Below are positions 31,601 to 40,727 of a stretch of 64,000 nucleotides of DNA, piece by piece. The position numbers and the translations under genes were made by a program. Within the stretch, counting starts at the first letter, position 1; each line of letters starts with the position of its first letter. Under the pieces are notes generated by a model. The model ran no database searches and was not told the origin of the DNA. It saw only the letters and a program-made list of their open reading frames with translations. The DNA is taken from positions 128,001 to 192,000 of the forward strand of contig CAWBZI010000005.1 of assembly GCA_963793265.1 (NCBI GenBank), given 5' to 3'. Source of the DNA: an uncultured cyanobacterium. Its GTDB lineage: Bacteria; Cyanobacteriota; Cyanobacteriia; Phormidesmidales; Phormidesmidaceae.

Positions 31601-31923
31601 CTACGCTCAGCAGTATCTTTCCGCTGGTGATTGCCACAGGGGCAGGTGCGGGCTCTCGTCAGTCTTTGGGCACTGCTGTGTTCGGCGGCATGTTAGTGGC
31701 GACCTTCCTCAGTCTGTTTGTGGTGCCGATTTTGTACATCATTATCAAGCAGCTTACGGACAGGTCTTCGAGGTCAAAGCCTGGTGATAATGGGAATGGC
31801 AGAATGCCCAGTACGCCTGAGAATGGCAGCGCCCGAAATGATAGGCAGAATGGTAGTGGTCGAACGCATGAGCCTCTGCCCGCGCCGGTTTATCGTACGG
31901 AAGAGGCAGGGTATGAGGGATAG
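28666..31923 (+). CDS. RND efflux permease (HAE1/AcrB family)
   Basis: FIKRPVFA, VDDAIVVVE, KNSILIVEFA, RMRPILMT; start at MFVNY. Confidence 0.95.
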   Translation: MFVNYFIKRPVFATVTALIMLLIGAISIPTLPIAQYPDISPTQVNVSARYIGADAETVERGVTTVIERQINGVEGMRYITSNSSNDGASNIVVTFDASRDKDLAAVDVQNRVSLAEPQLPESVIRGGVTVAKQTSNILLAMSLYTENEEYDDIFLSNYADLYVADALRRVNGVGNVQIFGERTYAMRLWLDPQRLATRGLTADDVVSALQEQNVQVGAGQIGQPPTPDDQNYQIDLRAESRLQNADEFEDLVLRTGEEGQLIRLKDVGRAELGAERYSSFLRFRGKPAIGLGIYQLPGSNALEVAAGVKETMAELSSDFPPGMEYGIGFDTTEYVQQSLLSVLWTLIQAIGLVVLVIYIFLQDWRTTVIPAVTIPVSLVATFAIVKLFGFSINSLTLFGLTLATGMVVDDAIVVVEDISSKINKRGLNPVQAAITSMSELTGAVIATSLVLMAVFVPVAFFPGTTGALYRQFALTIAFAIAISTFNALTLTPTLSGLLLRQKQDPTGWRAKIFNPFNRGLDWLRDRYGSVLSTLTRFKPFVLAAFVTSLVLTAWLYTTVPSAFLPDEDQGYFITIIQGPEGVSLNYTSDVMAGAEELLLAQPEVRATFAVGGFGFSGNTANSGVIFTTLKPWSERTGQESSALGIIDRVRGPLMSTTEARMLPVNPPAIQGLSSFGGFEFQLQDRRGNAGLENLVGSMGAMLGAANEDPDLQNVFSTYAASTPQIAITVNRDQAKALNVNISDIFSTLQTNLGSSYVNDFNLEGRTYRVFVQADEQYRSAPEDINKLYVRSRSDELIPMSNLIETTDTVGAQTINHYNLFRSIAINGAPAPGVSSGAAIEAMEGVAERVLPAGLGYEWSGTALEEIEGGNQAPIIFGLGIILVFLVLAAQYESYVDPVIILFAVPLAVFGALIAQTIRGLPNDVYCQIGLVMLIGLASKNSILIVEFANQLREQGRSITEAALESAQQRMRPILMTAISTLSSIFPLVIATGAGAGSRQSLGTAVFGGMLVATFLSLFVVPILYIIIKQLTDRSSRSKPGDNGNGRMPSTPENGSARNDRQNGSGRTHEPLPAPVYRTEEAGYEG

Positions 31924-31952
31924 GCATCGGAGGAGGCACAGTCGTAACGCCC

Positions 31953-32822
31953 CTACGATTTGAACTGCACGTTTAGCAATTCGATAATGTCCTCCGTACC
32001 GCCTGCGCCCATCAGGTCGCTCACGGGCACTGGGTTCTCAGGATCGATAGAAACCGAGAAGCCATCAGGATCGTTGATAAAATCTGTCATTTCATCGACG
32101 AGTTCCTGGCTGAGGGTTTCGTCGCCTTCTGCGAGGCTTTTGTTGAGGTCAGCGATCGCTTCTTTTTTAAACTCATCTACGCTCACGCCATTAGCAGCAG
32201 CGGCAGTATCAAACACGCGCGTTACAAACGAATCGTCTTTGTAATTGATCTGGGCCTCGTGGAACACCATGCCGAACAGAGAAAACGGCATACTTGCCAC
32301 CGAAGCCGCATCCAGGCTGATGTTAGACAGATAAAGGGTCATATCAAAATCACCCATATCCTCTGCGCCCACCTGAAACTTCTTCAGGCGCACCTCTTTT
32401 TCATCTTCTTCGTACTGATACTCAGTCGCAAAATTCACCGATAGCGTATCGCCATAGCCAAACTCTTTGAGCGACGCTGCATTCTCACCTAAGTCAGCCA
32501 CCTTTAGCGCCATACCGTTGACAGCCACGTTGAGATAGGTAGGAATGTCGCCCTTTTCATCGTAGTTATACACCACCACTTCATCGACATTAAACGTCTC
32601 ACCCGTACCCACAGGCGATAGGGTAATGTCTTTTACACGAGTACCGCCGCCTAGCAGCGAGGCGTTGACCTTCTTGTAATCAATATCGACCAGCTCAGAA
32701 ACGCTCGAGATCGCCTCATCCACTTCCTTCTGAGCCGCCTTCGACACATAGATTTGAGCACCTGCTAGTAGCGCGATCGCACCCCCAACTACCCCAACAC
32801 CAGCAATCACCTTCTTGTTCAT
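31953..32822 (-). CDS. Hypothetical protein with N-terminal membrane anchor
   Basis: Long ORF, MNKKVIAG hydrophobic N-terminus, acidic body. Confidence 0.7.
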   Translation of the reverse strand: MNKKVIAGVGVVGGAIALLAGAQIYVSKAAQKEVDEAISSVSELVDIDYKKVNASLLGGGTRVKDITLSPVGTGETFNVDEVVVYNYDEKGDIPTYLNVAVNGMALKVADLGENAASLKEFGYGDTLSVNFATEYQYEEDEKEVRLKKFQVGAEDMGDFDMTLYLSNISLDAASVASMPFSLFGMVFHEAQINYKDDSFVTRVFDTAAAANGVSVDEFKKEAIADLNKSLAEGDETLSQELVDEMTDFINDPDGFSVSIDPENPVPVSDLMGAGGTEDIIELLNVQFKS

Positions 32823-33040
32823 AACGCCTTCAAAACTCCTTATTTTATGACCGACACCAGCAGCGCTCACGATAGTTAGCTATACACGCTGCTAGAACCG
32901 TTTTCCGGTTTGCGCCTGCGCTCAGATTGCCCGGCTGGAGCTACGGCCTCATCTCCTTCTCTATACAAATGCACGCTCAAGCGGTTGACAGACAGCCCGT
33001 CTTTTGACTATCTATCTAGTCATCTGCACTATAGGATGTA

Positions 33041-33631
33041 ATGCAGTTTACTTCCCTCACCTCACACTTCACCATGGCAATCTACCAGGTTTGCAAAACT
33101 GTTATTACTGGCACAGTCATTGCTAGCACTACATTTCTAGCGGCGAGCTGTAGTCTTCAAAATAGGAGCACTGAGAGTATAGCCGCGCCCAACGTATCTG
33201 AAGCCCACGCAGAAGGCGAGCATGCTGATGGCGCAGAGCACGCTCACAAAGGCGTGAATACTAATCACGATATCTATCACTCCAAGGCGATAGAAGTTCC
33301 GGCAGGCAGACCCGTTCCAGCCGTTACCGTGCGCGTTGATGAAGACAGCGTACGCGGTTGGAATCTGTACGTTGGCACCGCGAATTTTGACTTTACACCC
33401 GAAGACGTTGGCGGTGAAAGTAGCGCGTTAGGAGGTCATGCACATCTATATATAAACGACGAGCCGGGACAGCGAATCTACAGCACCTGGACGCACCTAC
33501 CAGAACTACCGCCCGGCACCAACGAAATTCGCGTTACGCTAAATGCAAACGGTCACGAAAGCCTAACCACGCAGGGCACACCTATTGAAGACAGCGTGAC
33601 GGTTGACGTTTATGACCCCAATGCTGATTAG
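33041..33631 (+). CDS. His-rich putative metal-binding lipoprotein
   Basis: LAASC lipobox-like site, HAEGEHADGAEHAH, GHAHLYIN. Confidence 0.7.
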   Translation: MQFTSLTSHFTMAIYQVCKTVITGTVIASTTFLAASCSLQNRSTESIAAPNVSEAHAEGEHADGAEHAHKGVNTNHDIYHSKAIEVPAGRPVPAVTVRVDEDSVRGWNLYVGTANFDFTPEDVGGESSALGGHAHLYINDEPGQRIYSTWTHLPELPPGTNEIRVTLNANGHESLTTQGTPIEDSVTVDVYDPNAD

Positions 33632-33643
33632 CCACTAATTCTT

Positions 33644-34981
33644 GTGATGCCAAGCCCCTCAGACCTGTGGTTGATTGCGGCCCTGGGTTTTCTCGGGAGC
33701 TTTGGTCATTGCGTGGGTATGTGTGGCCCGGTGACTGCTGCTTTTGCGCTTTCAGCCCAATCGGCAGCGCAGTCATCGACGCCAGAAGGTCAAGAGGAAA
33801 ATCAGGGAAGACCACGACAGTCAACGGTTAGATTTCATCTGCTGCTCAATTTAGGTCGGCTGCTGAGCTATGCGCTGGTCGGTGCAGGAATTGGGGCGAT
33901 AGGATCGGTGGTCGTAGCGGGCGGGCAGGTGGCGGGTGTCGGATCTGCGTTCAGGCGAATGGTTTCTATTTTCACGGGTGTACTGCTGATCTGGTTTGGC
34001 TTAACGCAGGTGAACCCTGGTTTTTTGCCTAGTTTGCCTTGGCTACACCCGGCTAAACAGCAGCAGATTCATGAGCGGCTTAGCCAGCTTATGATGCGTG
34101 TGTCTAAGTCGAGTAGGCAGCGAACCGAGGCTGTGCTGCCGTTAATACTCGGCCTGCTTTGGGGGCTAATTCCCTGTGGCTTTTTGTATGCGGGCCAGCT
34201 TCGAGCGGCTGAAACGCAAAGCTGGATGGGGGGAGCAGCCGTGATGCTGGCGTTTGGCGCTGGTACGCTACCGGCCATGGTGGCGATGGGAACGGTGACG
34301 GCTGTGCTGAGCCGCGATCGCCGCTCTCAGCTATTCCGCATTGGCGGCTATCTCACGATTATCATCGGTGTGCTGCTGTTGGTTCGCACAGGCGACACCA
34401 TGAGTGACTACAGCGGTCACGCGGCGCTGATTTGCCTGATGCTAGCGCTGATCGCTCGTCCGGTCAGTCGATTTTGGGCAATGCCGCTGCGCTATCGCCG
34501 GGTGTTGGGCGTAGGGGCGTTCGCGCTCAGTCTGCTGCATATCATGCACATGGCTAGCCACACCTGGAACTGGAATTTTCAAGCCGTGCAGTTTATGCTG
34601 CTGGGGCATCAGGTCGGGATTGGGCTAGGGGCGATCGCAACTCTATTCATGCTGCCAGCCGCCCTCACCAGCTTCGATCGGGCTCAAAAAGCGCTAGGCA
34701 ATCGATGGCGAAAACTTCATCTGCTCGGTGTACCTGCTTTGGGCTTAGCCGCTATCCACACGCTGCTTGTCGGCGCTAGCTACTGGGGCGCGTTGGATCT
34801 TTCGTGGCAACATCAGCTCCGAGCAGTGGGTCTAGTCACTATGGTGGCCGTGGTATTTGGAGCGCGATCGCCTCACCTATGGTCTTTCTTCTCACTTAAA
34901 AAATATTATGCTTCTCCCAAAAGCTCGCTCTCGCTACCTTCATCTGAGTCTGAGCGCGATCACTGCTGCCATTCTGATTAG
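33644..34981 (+). CDS. TauE/DsbD_2-like membrane domain fused to a ferric reductase (MsrQ-like) TM domain
   Basis: GHCVGMCGP and IPCG motifs, then RR.LGV.AF....LH, ALTS and W.KLH.L heme-TM motifs. Confidence 0.8.
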   Translation: MMPSPSDLWLIAALGFLGSFGHCVGMCGPVTAAFALSAQSAAQSSTPEGQEENQGRPRQSTVRFHLLLNLGRLLSYALVGAGIGAIGSVVVAGGQVAGVGSAFRRMVSIFTGVLLIWFGLTQVNPGFLPSLPWLHPAKQQQIHERLSQLMMRVSKSSRQRTEAVLPLILGLLWGLIPCGFLYAGQLRAAETQSWMGGAAVMLAFGAGTLPAMVAMGTVTAVLSRDRRSQLFRIGGYLTIIIGVLLLVRTGDTMSDYSGHAALICLMLALIARPVSRFWAMPLRYRRVLGVGAFALSLLHIMHMASHTWNWNFQAVQFMLLGHQVGIGLGAIATLFMLPAALTSFDRAQKALGNRWRKLHLLGVPALGLAAIHTLLVGASYWGALDLSWQHQLRAVGLVTMVAVVFGARSPHLWSFFSLKKYYASPKSSLSLPSSESERDHCCHSD

Positions 34982-35561
34982 CCCAATAGTTACGCTCCTC
35001 TCAACCGCACAGGCCCACCAGGTAGAACTTTCTACTGACATCGGCGGCACTTTGCACATCGAGCCTAGCGATACGCCCCGCGCCGGAGAGGAAGTTTTGG
35101 CATGGGTGGCTCTCACCCGCAAAGGCGGCGAAACCCTTCCTTTAAAAGACTGCGATTGCCAACTGAACATCTACGCGTCAGCACAGCAAGGCAGCGACGA
35201 ACCGATTTTGTCTCCTGCGCTGATGGCGGTTGAGCAAGAAAGCTATGAGGGCATTCCAGGGGCAGAATTTATCTTTCCTGAGGTGGGCGCTTATACCCTG
35301 GAGATCAGCGGACAGCCTAAAGCAGAAGGCGCTGAAGCATTTGCACCGTTTGAGCTAGCCTTTGATGTCACGGTTGCCCAGGCGATTCCTACAGTCCCAG
35401 CAAACGCTGAGGCCGCGCTCCCTGATCCCTATAGTGAGGTGGTTTCTGAGCTAGAACCGGCTCCGTCTGGGATTAAAAGGTGGATTACGATCGGGATGGG
35501 CAGCGCAATTTTGTTGGGGCTATTCGCTGTGATAATGCAGCGATCGCGCCGCAGGTCGTAA
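34908..35561 (+). CDS. Secreted, C-terminally anchored hypothetical protein
   Basis: Signal peptide ending AQA-H, HIEP.D.P.AG, C-terminal TM plus RRRS. Confidence 0.7.
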   Translation: MLLPKARSRYLHLSLSAITAAILISPIVTLLSTAQAHQVELSTDIGGTLHIEPSDTPRAGEEVLAWVALTRKGGETLPLKDCDCQLNIYASAQQGSDEPILSPALMAVEQESYEGIPGAEFIFPEVGAYTLEISGQPKAEGAEAFAPFELAFDVTVAQAIPTVPANAEAALPDPYSEVVSELEPAPSGIKRWITIGMGSAILLGLFAVIMQRSRRRS

Positions 35562-35608
35562 AATAAAAAGACTCACTCAAAACGCGCCCAGGAACCCAAC
35601 ACCTGATA

Positions 35609-36295
35609 ATGCAAGCAACTGACACCTACCACGACAATCTTCTAGATCGATTGTTCATTTGGCTCTTTTCTCGCAAAATGGCGAATGCCATCGGTGCTGA
35701 AATACCGATGAGCGGCTATGGTGGCTTTGTCGATCTCTCCAAACAGATCATGCAGGGGCGCAGTGCAGAGGAGCAGCAGGCAGCGGTGGCGCGGGTGCTG
35801 CAATCTTTGGTACCCGCTCCGGTGCTGTGGCTGATTCGGACGATCTTTTCACCCACTCGGCTGGTGTGCGTGCTCAATGCCTGGTTCGCTGCGCAGATGT
35901 TTGAGTGGCTAGTCGGCCCTTGTGAGGTGGCCGAGGCCGATGTAGAAGGGCTAGACGGGGTGGTGCGATCGCAGCCCAGCGCCGTTCAAATTCAGAAGTG
36001 CCGCTATCTAGAAGATTCGCAGTGCGTCGGCATGTGCGTAAACATGTGCAAGCTGCCAACCCAAACCTTCTTCACAGACAAGTTCGGCATTCCGCTCACC
36101 ATGACACCCAACTTTGAAGACCTTAGCTGCACCATGGTTTTTGGTCAGCTACCCAGCGAGCCTGAAGCCGACGAAGCCTTTACTCAGCCTTGCCTCAGTG
36201 AATGCGATGCCGGTAGGCCAACAGCAGCAGCTTGCCGGAAGCTGGCCTACCCGAGAACCGAGAGCAGCCATTACGGCACAGGCGCTTCATCATAA
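35609..36295 (+). CDS. DUF4033 / beta-carotene isomerase D27-like protein
   Basis: WLVGPC, KCRYLE.S.C.GMC.N.CK.PTQ.FF, M.PNFED.SC. Confidence 0.85.
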   Translation: MQATDTYHDNLLDRLFIWLFSRKMANAIGAEIPMSGYGGFVDLSKQIMQGRSAEEQQAAVARVLQSLVPAPVLWLIRTIFSPTRLVCVLNAWFAAQMFEWLVGPCEVAEADVEGLDGVVRSQPSAVQIQKCRYLEDSQCVGMCVNMCKLPTQTFFTDKFGIPLTMTPNFEDLSCTMVFGQLPSEPEADEAFTQPCLSECDAGRPTAAACRKLAYPRTESSHYGTGASS

Positions 36296-36450
36296 CTTTA
36301 GTTCAGATTACGAAGCTACACGGAAGGCTAACTAAAGCATGAAATGGCAGGTTTAAACAGAAGTGAGAAAAAAACGCTTCCTTTGAACTTAAACCTACCT
36401 AAAATTATCGCAACTGAGCCTGCTTCCGTAAGTAATCAGTGCAAAAGCAT

Positions 36451-37119
36451 ATGAAACAAAAACTACTCCTAGCGCTCTCTGCTATGGCAATGGCGCTCGT
36501 CATTCAGCCACGGGCCGAAGCCTTAACTTTCACAACCTTTACCGACCGCAGCGAGTTTGAAGCCGCTGTCGGTGCAAGCTTGCTAACAACCGAAGACTTT
36601 AACAGGTTTGAGAGCGACTATAACTTTACGAGAAGATCGTTTACAAATGGCGATCTGACCATCACTGGCAACGGTAGTAGATCATTCATCGATGCGCCCG
36701 CTTTTAGAAACGCCGACAAAAACGTTGATGGGACAACCATGGCGGTCGTGTCGGCCAACAGCGAGATCAGCTCAAGCTTATCCTTTAGCACAGCCATCAG
36801 ATCCTTCGGTGCAGACTTTGCAGATTTCTCTGAAGGTCAACATGACACCCGGTTCAAATTCAGCGATGGTACAACCCTCGCACCCATCCTCACAGGCGCT
36901 AACGGCAGCGGTTTCTTCGGCTTCATTGCTGATTCGCAAATATCGTCCTTTGGCTTTGAGGCTTTTGGCATTAACGACGGTCTTGGCATCGATAACATCG
37001 CCTACAGTGCCTCTGCTGGCAATGCTACGGCGGTGCCCACACCTGCGCCTCTGCTGGGCGTTATTGGCATGGGGATTGCTGCTGTGCGTAAGCGCAAGCA
37101 GGCAATGGCTGCAAGCTAG
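36451..37119 (+). CDS. PTPA-CTERM (PEP-CTERM-like) sorted surface protein
   Basis: Signal peptide; C-terminal VPTPA + TM + RKRK. Confidence 0.8.
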   Translation: MKQKLLLALSAMAMALVIQPRAEALTFTTFTDRSEFEAAVGASLLTTEDFNRFESDYNFTRRSFTNGDLTITGNGSRSFIDAPAFRNADKNVDGTTMAVVSANSEISSSLSFSTAIRSFGADFADFSEGQHDTRFKFSDGTTLAPILTGANGSGFFGFIADSQISSFGFEAFGINDGLGIDNIAYSASAGNATAVPTPAPLLGVIGMGIAAVRKRKQAMAAS

Positions 37120-37202
37120 TCAATATCTAGCAGTAACCGAATAACGTTTCTTTGAGCGAACGATTTACACTGTATAAATCGTTCGTTTTTTATTTTTTAA
37201 AC

Positions 37203-37676
37203 ATGGTCGGCTCTGAAACTCAATGGAAGCTAAATCTGCTCTACGACGGTGAGTGTCCGCTGTGCGTGCGCGAAGTCAATTTTTTGCAGAAAAAGGATGC
37301 TGGCAGGGGGCTGGTGAAGTTTACAGATATTGCCAGTCTTGACTACAATCCAGCGCAGAATGGCGGCGTAGATTTTGAGACGGCAATGGGTCGAATTCAT
37401 GCGGTGCGCGCGGATGGCAGCATTGTCAAAAACGTGGCGGTGTTTCAAGAGGTATACGACGCTATTGGCATTGGCTGGATGTATGCACCTACTAAATGGC
37501 CTATTGTTGGCCCTTTGGTGAATAAAATTTATGATATTTGGGCCGATTGGCGACTGATGGTGACAGGTCGCCCTAATTTAGAAAAAGTGATTGCAGAGCG
37601 AGAAGAGAAACTGGCTAAACAGAGTGCCGATCAAGGGGCCAATCAGAGGGGCGCTCGCTGTCGGCTAGAAGCGTAA
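37203..37676 (+). CDS. DCC1-like thiol-disulfide oxidoreductase (DUF393)
   Basis: LYDGECPLC motif. Confidence 0.85.
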   Translation: MVGSETQWKLNLLYDGECPLCVREVNFLQKKDAGRGLVKFTDIASLDYNPAQNGGVDFETAMGRIHAVRADGSIVKNVAVFQEVYDAIGIGWMYAPTKWPIVGPLVNKIYDIWADWRLMVTGRPNLEKVIAEREEKLAKQSADQGANQRGARCRLEA

Positions 37677-37942
37677 ACTTTTGCAACTGTTGCAGTAAAG
37701 ACTATGACAGAAAATTTACTGAAATCACTTTGTTTTTTATCACCTGGCGCTAAGGCGAATCCACTCAGCAGCAAAAGATCTGCAGATCTTACGCAGATTT
37801 CATATAGATGATAACAACAAGAAATCGGGGGTGCAAAAATGTCGCCGATCGCTGATTTGATCTAGTGTATTTTTACTGGCTTTTTCCCAGCTAATCCTAC
37901 TAAAGCTAGTTCCTACTAAACAGATCGCGAGCAGTATTCACT

Positions 37943-39826
37943 ATGGACATCTTCGATTTTGGCACCACAAGCTTCTTAGACGGTAGCGATCTGAATATTG
38001 TTGAGGGACTCATAGAGAATGTAGATGACGGCGCGATCGCACTTGAGCCAACTTTAATCGCCGTGGATTTGGAGGATGGAGAAGGCAGCGGTAGTGACGA
38101 TCTTTCAGAGAGCCAGTTGAACAGCCTTAGAGAAGTATTGGGCGATCGCCCCTTCTCAGACGGCAGCTTTGTGCAATTCTTGAACGACTTAGGCAGCAGC
38201 GCGCTATCTAATTCAAACGTGGTGTTAGCGTTAGCGGCTATAGATGCTTCTGTTTTGACCAATAGCCAAGCAACAAACTGGCTATCTTCTCTGGTTGAGG
38301 CACTAGGCAGCGATGTCTTAGCTAATCGCAACTTTAGTCAGTTTATCTCTAGCCTGGATAGCGAAGTACTCACGAACGGCTCCTTTCTCAATTTCGTTAC
38401 CGACCTTAATCCTGGCCTATTTTTAGACGGGAGCTTTACCGAGTTTCTATCGGGTATTGGCGATGAGCTGCTTGTTAATGAGCGAGTTTTGGCAAATCTC
38501 AGCGGCCTTTCACCCAATTTTTTGAGCAACAGTAACTTTACTAACTTCCTTAGTAACCTGAGCGCAAACTTGCTCGCTGACGGCAGCTTTCTAAACTTTG
38601 TCTCTAGCCTGGACGACGACCTACTTGTTGACGAGACGTTTCTAACAGCATTTGGCGGACTTAATCCTGATATCTTAACCAGCGGCAGCTTCACAAATGT
38701 GCTCAGCCAGCTTGGCATTGAGCTAGTGAGTAATCCCACTTTTGCAAGCTTTGTCTCTAGTTTGGATCGCGACCTTTTTGACGACGGTAGCTTCGTCAGC
38801 TTCTTAACAGATCTCAACCCAAGTGTGCTGCTAGACGGCAGCTTTACTGAATTTCTATCTGGCTTAGATCCTCAGCTTTTAGCAGATAGAGCCTTCACTA
38901 CCGCATTAAATAACTTTGATACGTCGCTGCTAACGCAAGGCGTACTTACGCAATTTTTAGGCAGCGTTGGCCCCGAGCTAATCATCAATAGCGATTTTGT
39001 AAGTTTCGTCAATAGCTTGAGCGAACAGAGCTTACAGGACGCGAGCTTAATTAGCTTTTTAAGCAGCCTGAGTGATGAGGTTCTGAGCAATCGTGAATTT
39101 TTGGATGCGATCGCATCCCTCGATCCCGATCTCCTCAATCAGGCCGAATTCACTAACACGCTACTGGCCCTAGAAGAATCGGTACTACAAAGCGAAGACT
39201 TCTTATCCTTACTCAGTCAGCTAGATAGCAGCATTCTTAACGATCCAAACTTTCAAACACTGCTAATTGAAATTGACACCGCGCTGCTAGAGAACAGCAC
39301 CTTTGCCGATCTAGTCTCTAATTTGAGCACAACTGTTTTAACCGACCGCAGCTTCACGCAGGCGCTGAGTGAGCTGGATGCGGGTGCGATCGATAATTTT
39401 TCAAGTCTTCTTAGCAACCTCAACGAAGATATTCTCACCAGCGATGTCTTTTCGACGCTCATCAGATCCAACCCTAGTCTGTCAGATATAGATAGTTTGC
39501 TATCGCAGCTAGGCAATCTCTTCTCTGATTCCTCTACGCTATCTGCTCTCACCGATGAATCCGGTGAGGCTGATACGCTCACCGCAGGCGGTCTGTTAGG
39601 GCTAGACGCTGGCGATGTAGAGATTGATGAGGCGCTGCTGCTGACGAGCGGCGACAGTTTCTTGACCAGCGCAGACGTAGAACCGCTGGGAGGTTTAGCG
39701 ACTGATACGCTGATTGATGTCAGTGGTGGAACGGTTGATATAAACGCTACCGATTCTACGCTGCAACTGCCTGAGTGGATGAGCCAAACGGAAACAACGC
39801 CGTTTGAAGCGCCTACGATTGAGTAA
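37943..39826 (+). CDS. Acidic 17-residue tandem-repeat protein of unknown function
   Basis: 627-aa ORF with about 25 repeats of the DGSFTEFLSGLDPQLLA type. Confidence 0.75.
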   Translation: MDIFDFGTTSFLDGSDLNIVEGLIENVDDGAIALEPTLIAVDLEDGEGSGSDDLSESQLNSLREVLGDRPFSDGSFVQFLNDLGSSALSNSNVVLALAAIDASVLTNSQATNWLSSLVEALGSDVLANRNFSQFISSLDSEVLTNGSFLNFVTDLNPGLFLDGSFTEFLSGIGDELLVNERVLANLSGLSPNFLSNSNFTNFLSNLSANLLADGSFLNFVSSLDDDLLVDETFLTAFGGLNPDILTSGSFTNVLSQLGIELVSNPTFASFVSSLDRDLFDDGSFVSFLTDLNPSVLLDGSFTEFLSGLDPQLLADRAFTTALNNFDTSLLTQGVLTQFLGSVGPELIINSDFVSFVNSLSEQSLQDASLISFLSSLSDEVLSNREFLDAIASLDPDLLNQAEFTNTLLALEESVLQSEDFLSLLSQLDSSILNDPNFQTLLIEIDTALLENSTFADLVSNLSTTVLTDRSFTQALSELDAGAIDNFSSLLSNLNEDILTSDVFSTLIRSNPSLSDIDSLLSQLGNLFSDSSTLSALTDESGEADTLTAGGLLGLDAGDVEIDEALLLTSGDSFLTSADVEPLGGLATDTLIDVSGGTVDINATDSTLQLPEWMSQTETTPFEAPTIE

Positions 39827-39841
39827 CAGGCTTAGTAGCGA

Positions 39842-40591
39842 TTAGTCTTCCTGTAAAAAGGCCAAATAGCCTGCGCTGAGTTCTTTGACGGCTAGCTCGT
39901 AAAACTGCTGGCCGTGCGCGGGCGTGGCCAAATCTGGATTAGAACCCATACGCCCATCGGCATAGAATTTGCGAAAGTCGGTGGCGTTGTAAATGGAGCG
40001 ACCTGAAGGGGCAACAGCGGGTGAAAGCTGAGCGGTTTTGATGGCTTCTGGATAGACGAACTGAGTAAGGGCGACTTCGCTGGGGGTGGCGTGAGAGCCT
40101 TCTTGATTGCCGTAGAGCTGTTGGGCTAAGTCGGTGACGGCTTTGCTTTGATACCAGTTGGCGACTTTGCAGCGAATGTTGCTGGCGTTCGGGAGGTTGG
40201 CATCTGCGATCGCCGCATAAGTTTCTGAAAAAGCAGCCTTCATCGTTGCGACATTGCCGCCGTGCCCATTGATGAAATAGAAGCGCTCGAAGCCATTGCG
40301 GGCCAGTGGCTTTATATAGTCTTGAATGAGGGCAATTAGGGTGCTGGGCCGGAGGCTAACGCTGCCAGGAAACGCGAGATGGTGAAGCGCCATACCCACA
40401 TTGATAGTGGGGCCAATCAGCGCATCGGTGGCTTCGCCTACGCCTTTGGCGACGATTTCGGCGCAGATAGCGTCGGTACCAATCAGGCCAGTAGGGCCGT
40501 GCTGCTCGGTGGAGCCGATAGGGAAAATGATGCCGCGCGATCGCTCCAGATACGCTTCAACTTCAGGCCAGGTACATAAATGAAGGAGCAT
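39842..40591 (-). CDS. Creatininase family protein
   Basis: P.GS.EQHG...L.GTD, NGHGGN, HA...E motifs. Confidence 0.9.
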   Translation of the reverse strand: MLLHLCTWPEVEAYLERSRGIIFPIGSTEQHGPTGLIGTDAICAEIVAKGVGEATDALIGPTINVGMALHHLAFPGSVSLRPSTLIALIQDYIKPLARNGFERFYFINGHGGNVATMKAAFSETYAAIADANLPNASNIRCKVANWYQSKAVTDLAQQLYGNQEGSHATPSEVALTQFVYPEAIKTAQLSPAVAPSGRSIYNATDFRKFYADGRMGSNPDLATPAHGQQFYELAVKELSAGYLAFLQED

Positions 40592-40727
40592 ACGGGATTT
40601 TTGCCTCATCAAAAGGGCTTAATGGAATGGAAAGCTCAATCAGGCTATAGTTTAGCGCTTGCTGACTTGTCCGGAACTTACTGGGCGCACTCGGTAAGCT
40701 TAGAGTAAGCCAGCCCAGACGCGGCGT

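Noticed and set aside
37745..37850. c-di-GMP riboswitch upstream of the repeat protein
   Set aside because: Only superficial GGCGAA/GCAAA words; the required P2/P3 stems and tetraloop receptor cannot be built.
37906..39582. Series of antisense ORFs opposite the repeat protein
   Set aside because: Shadow frames produced by the biased codon content of the sense gene.
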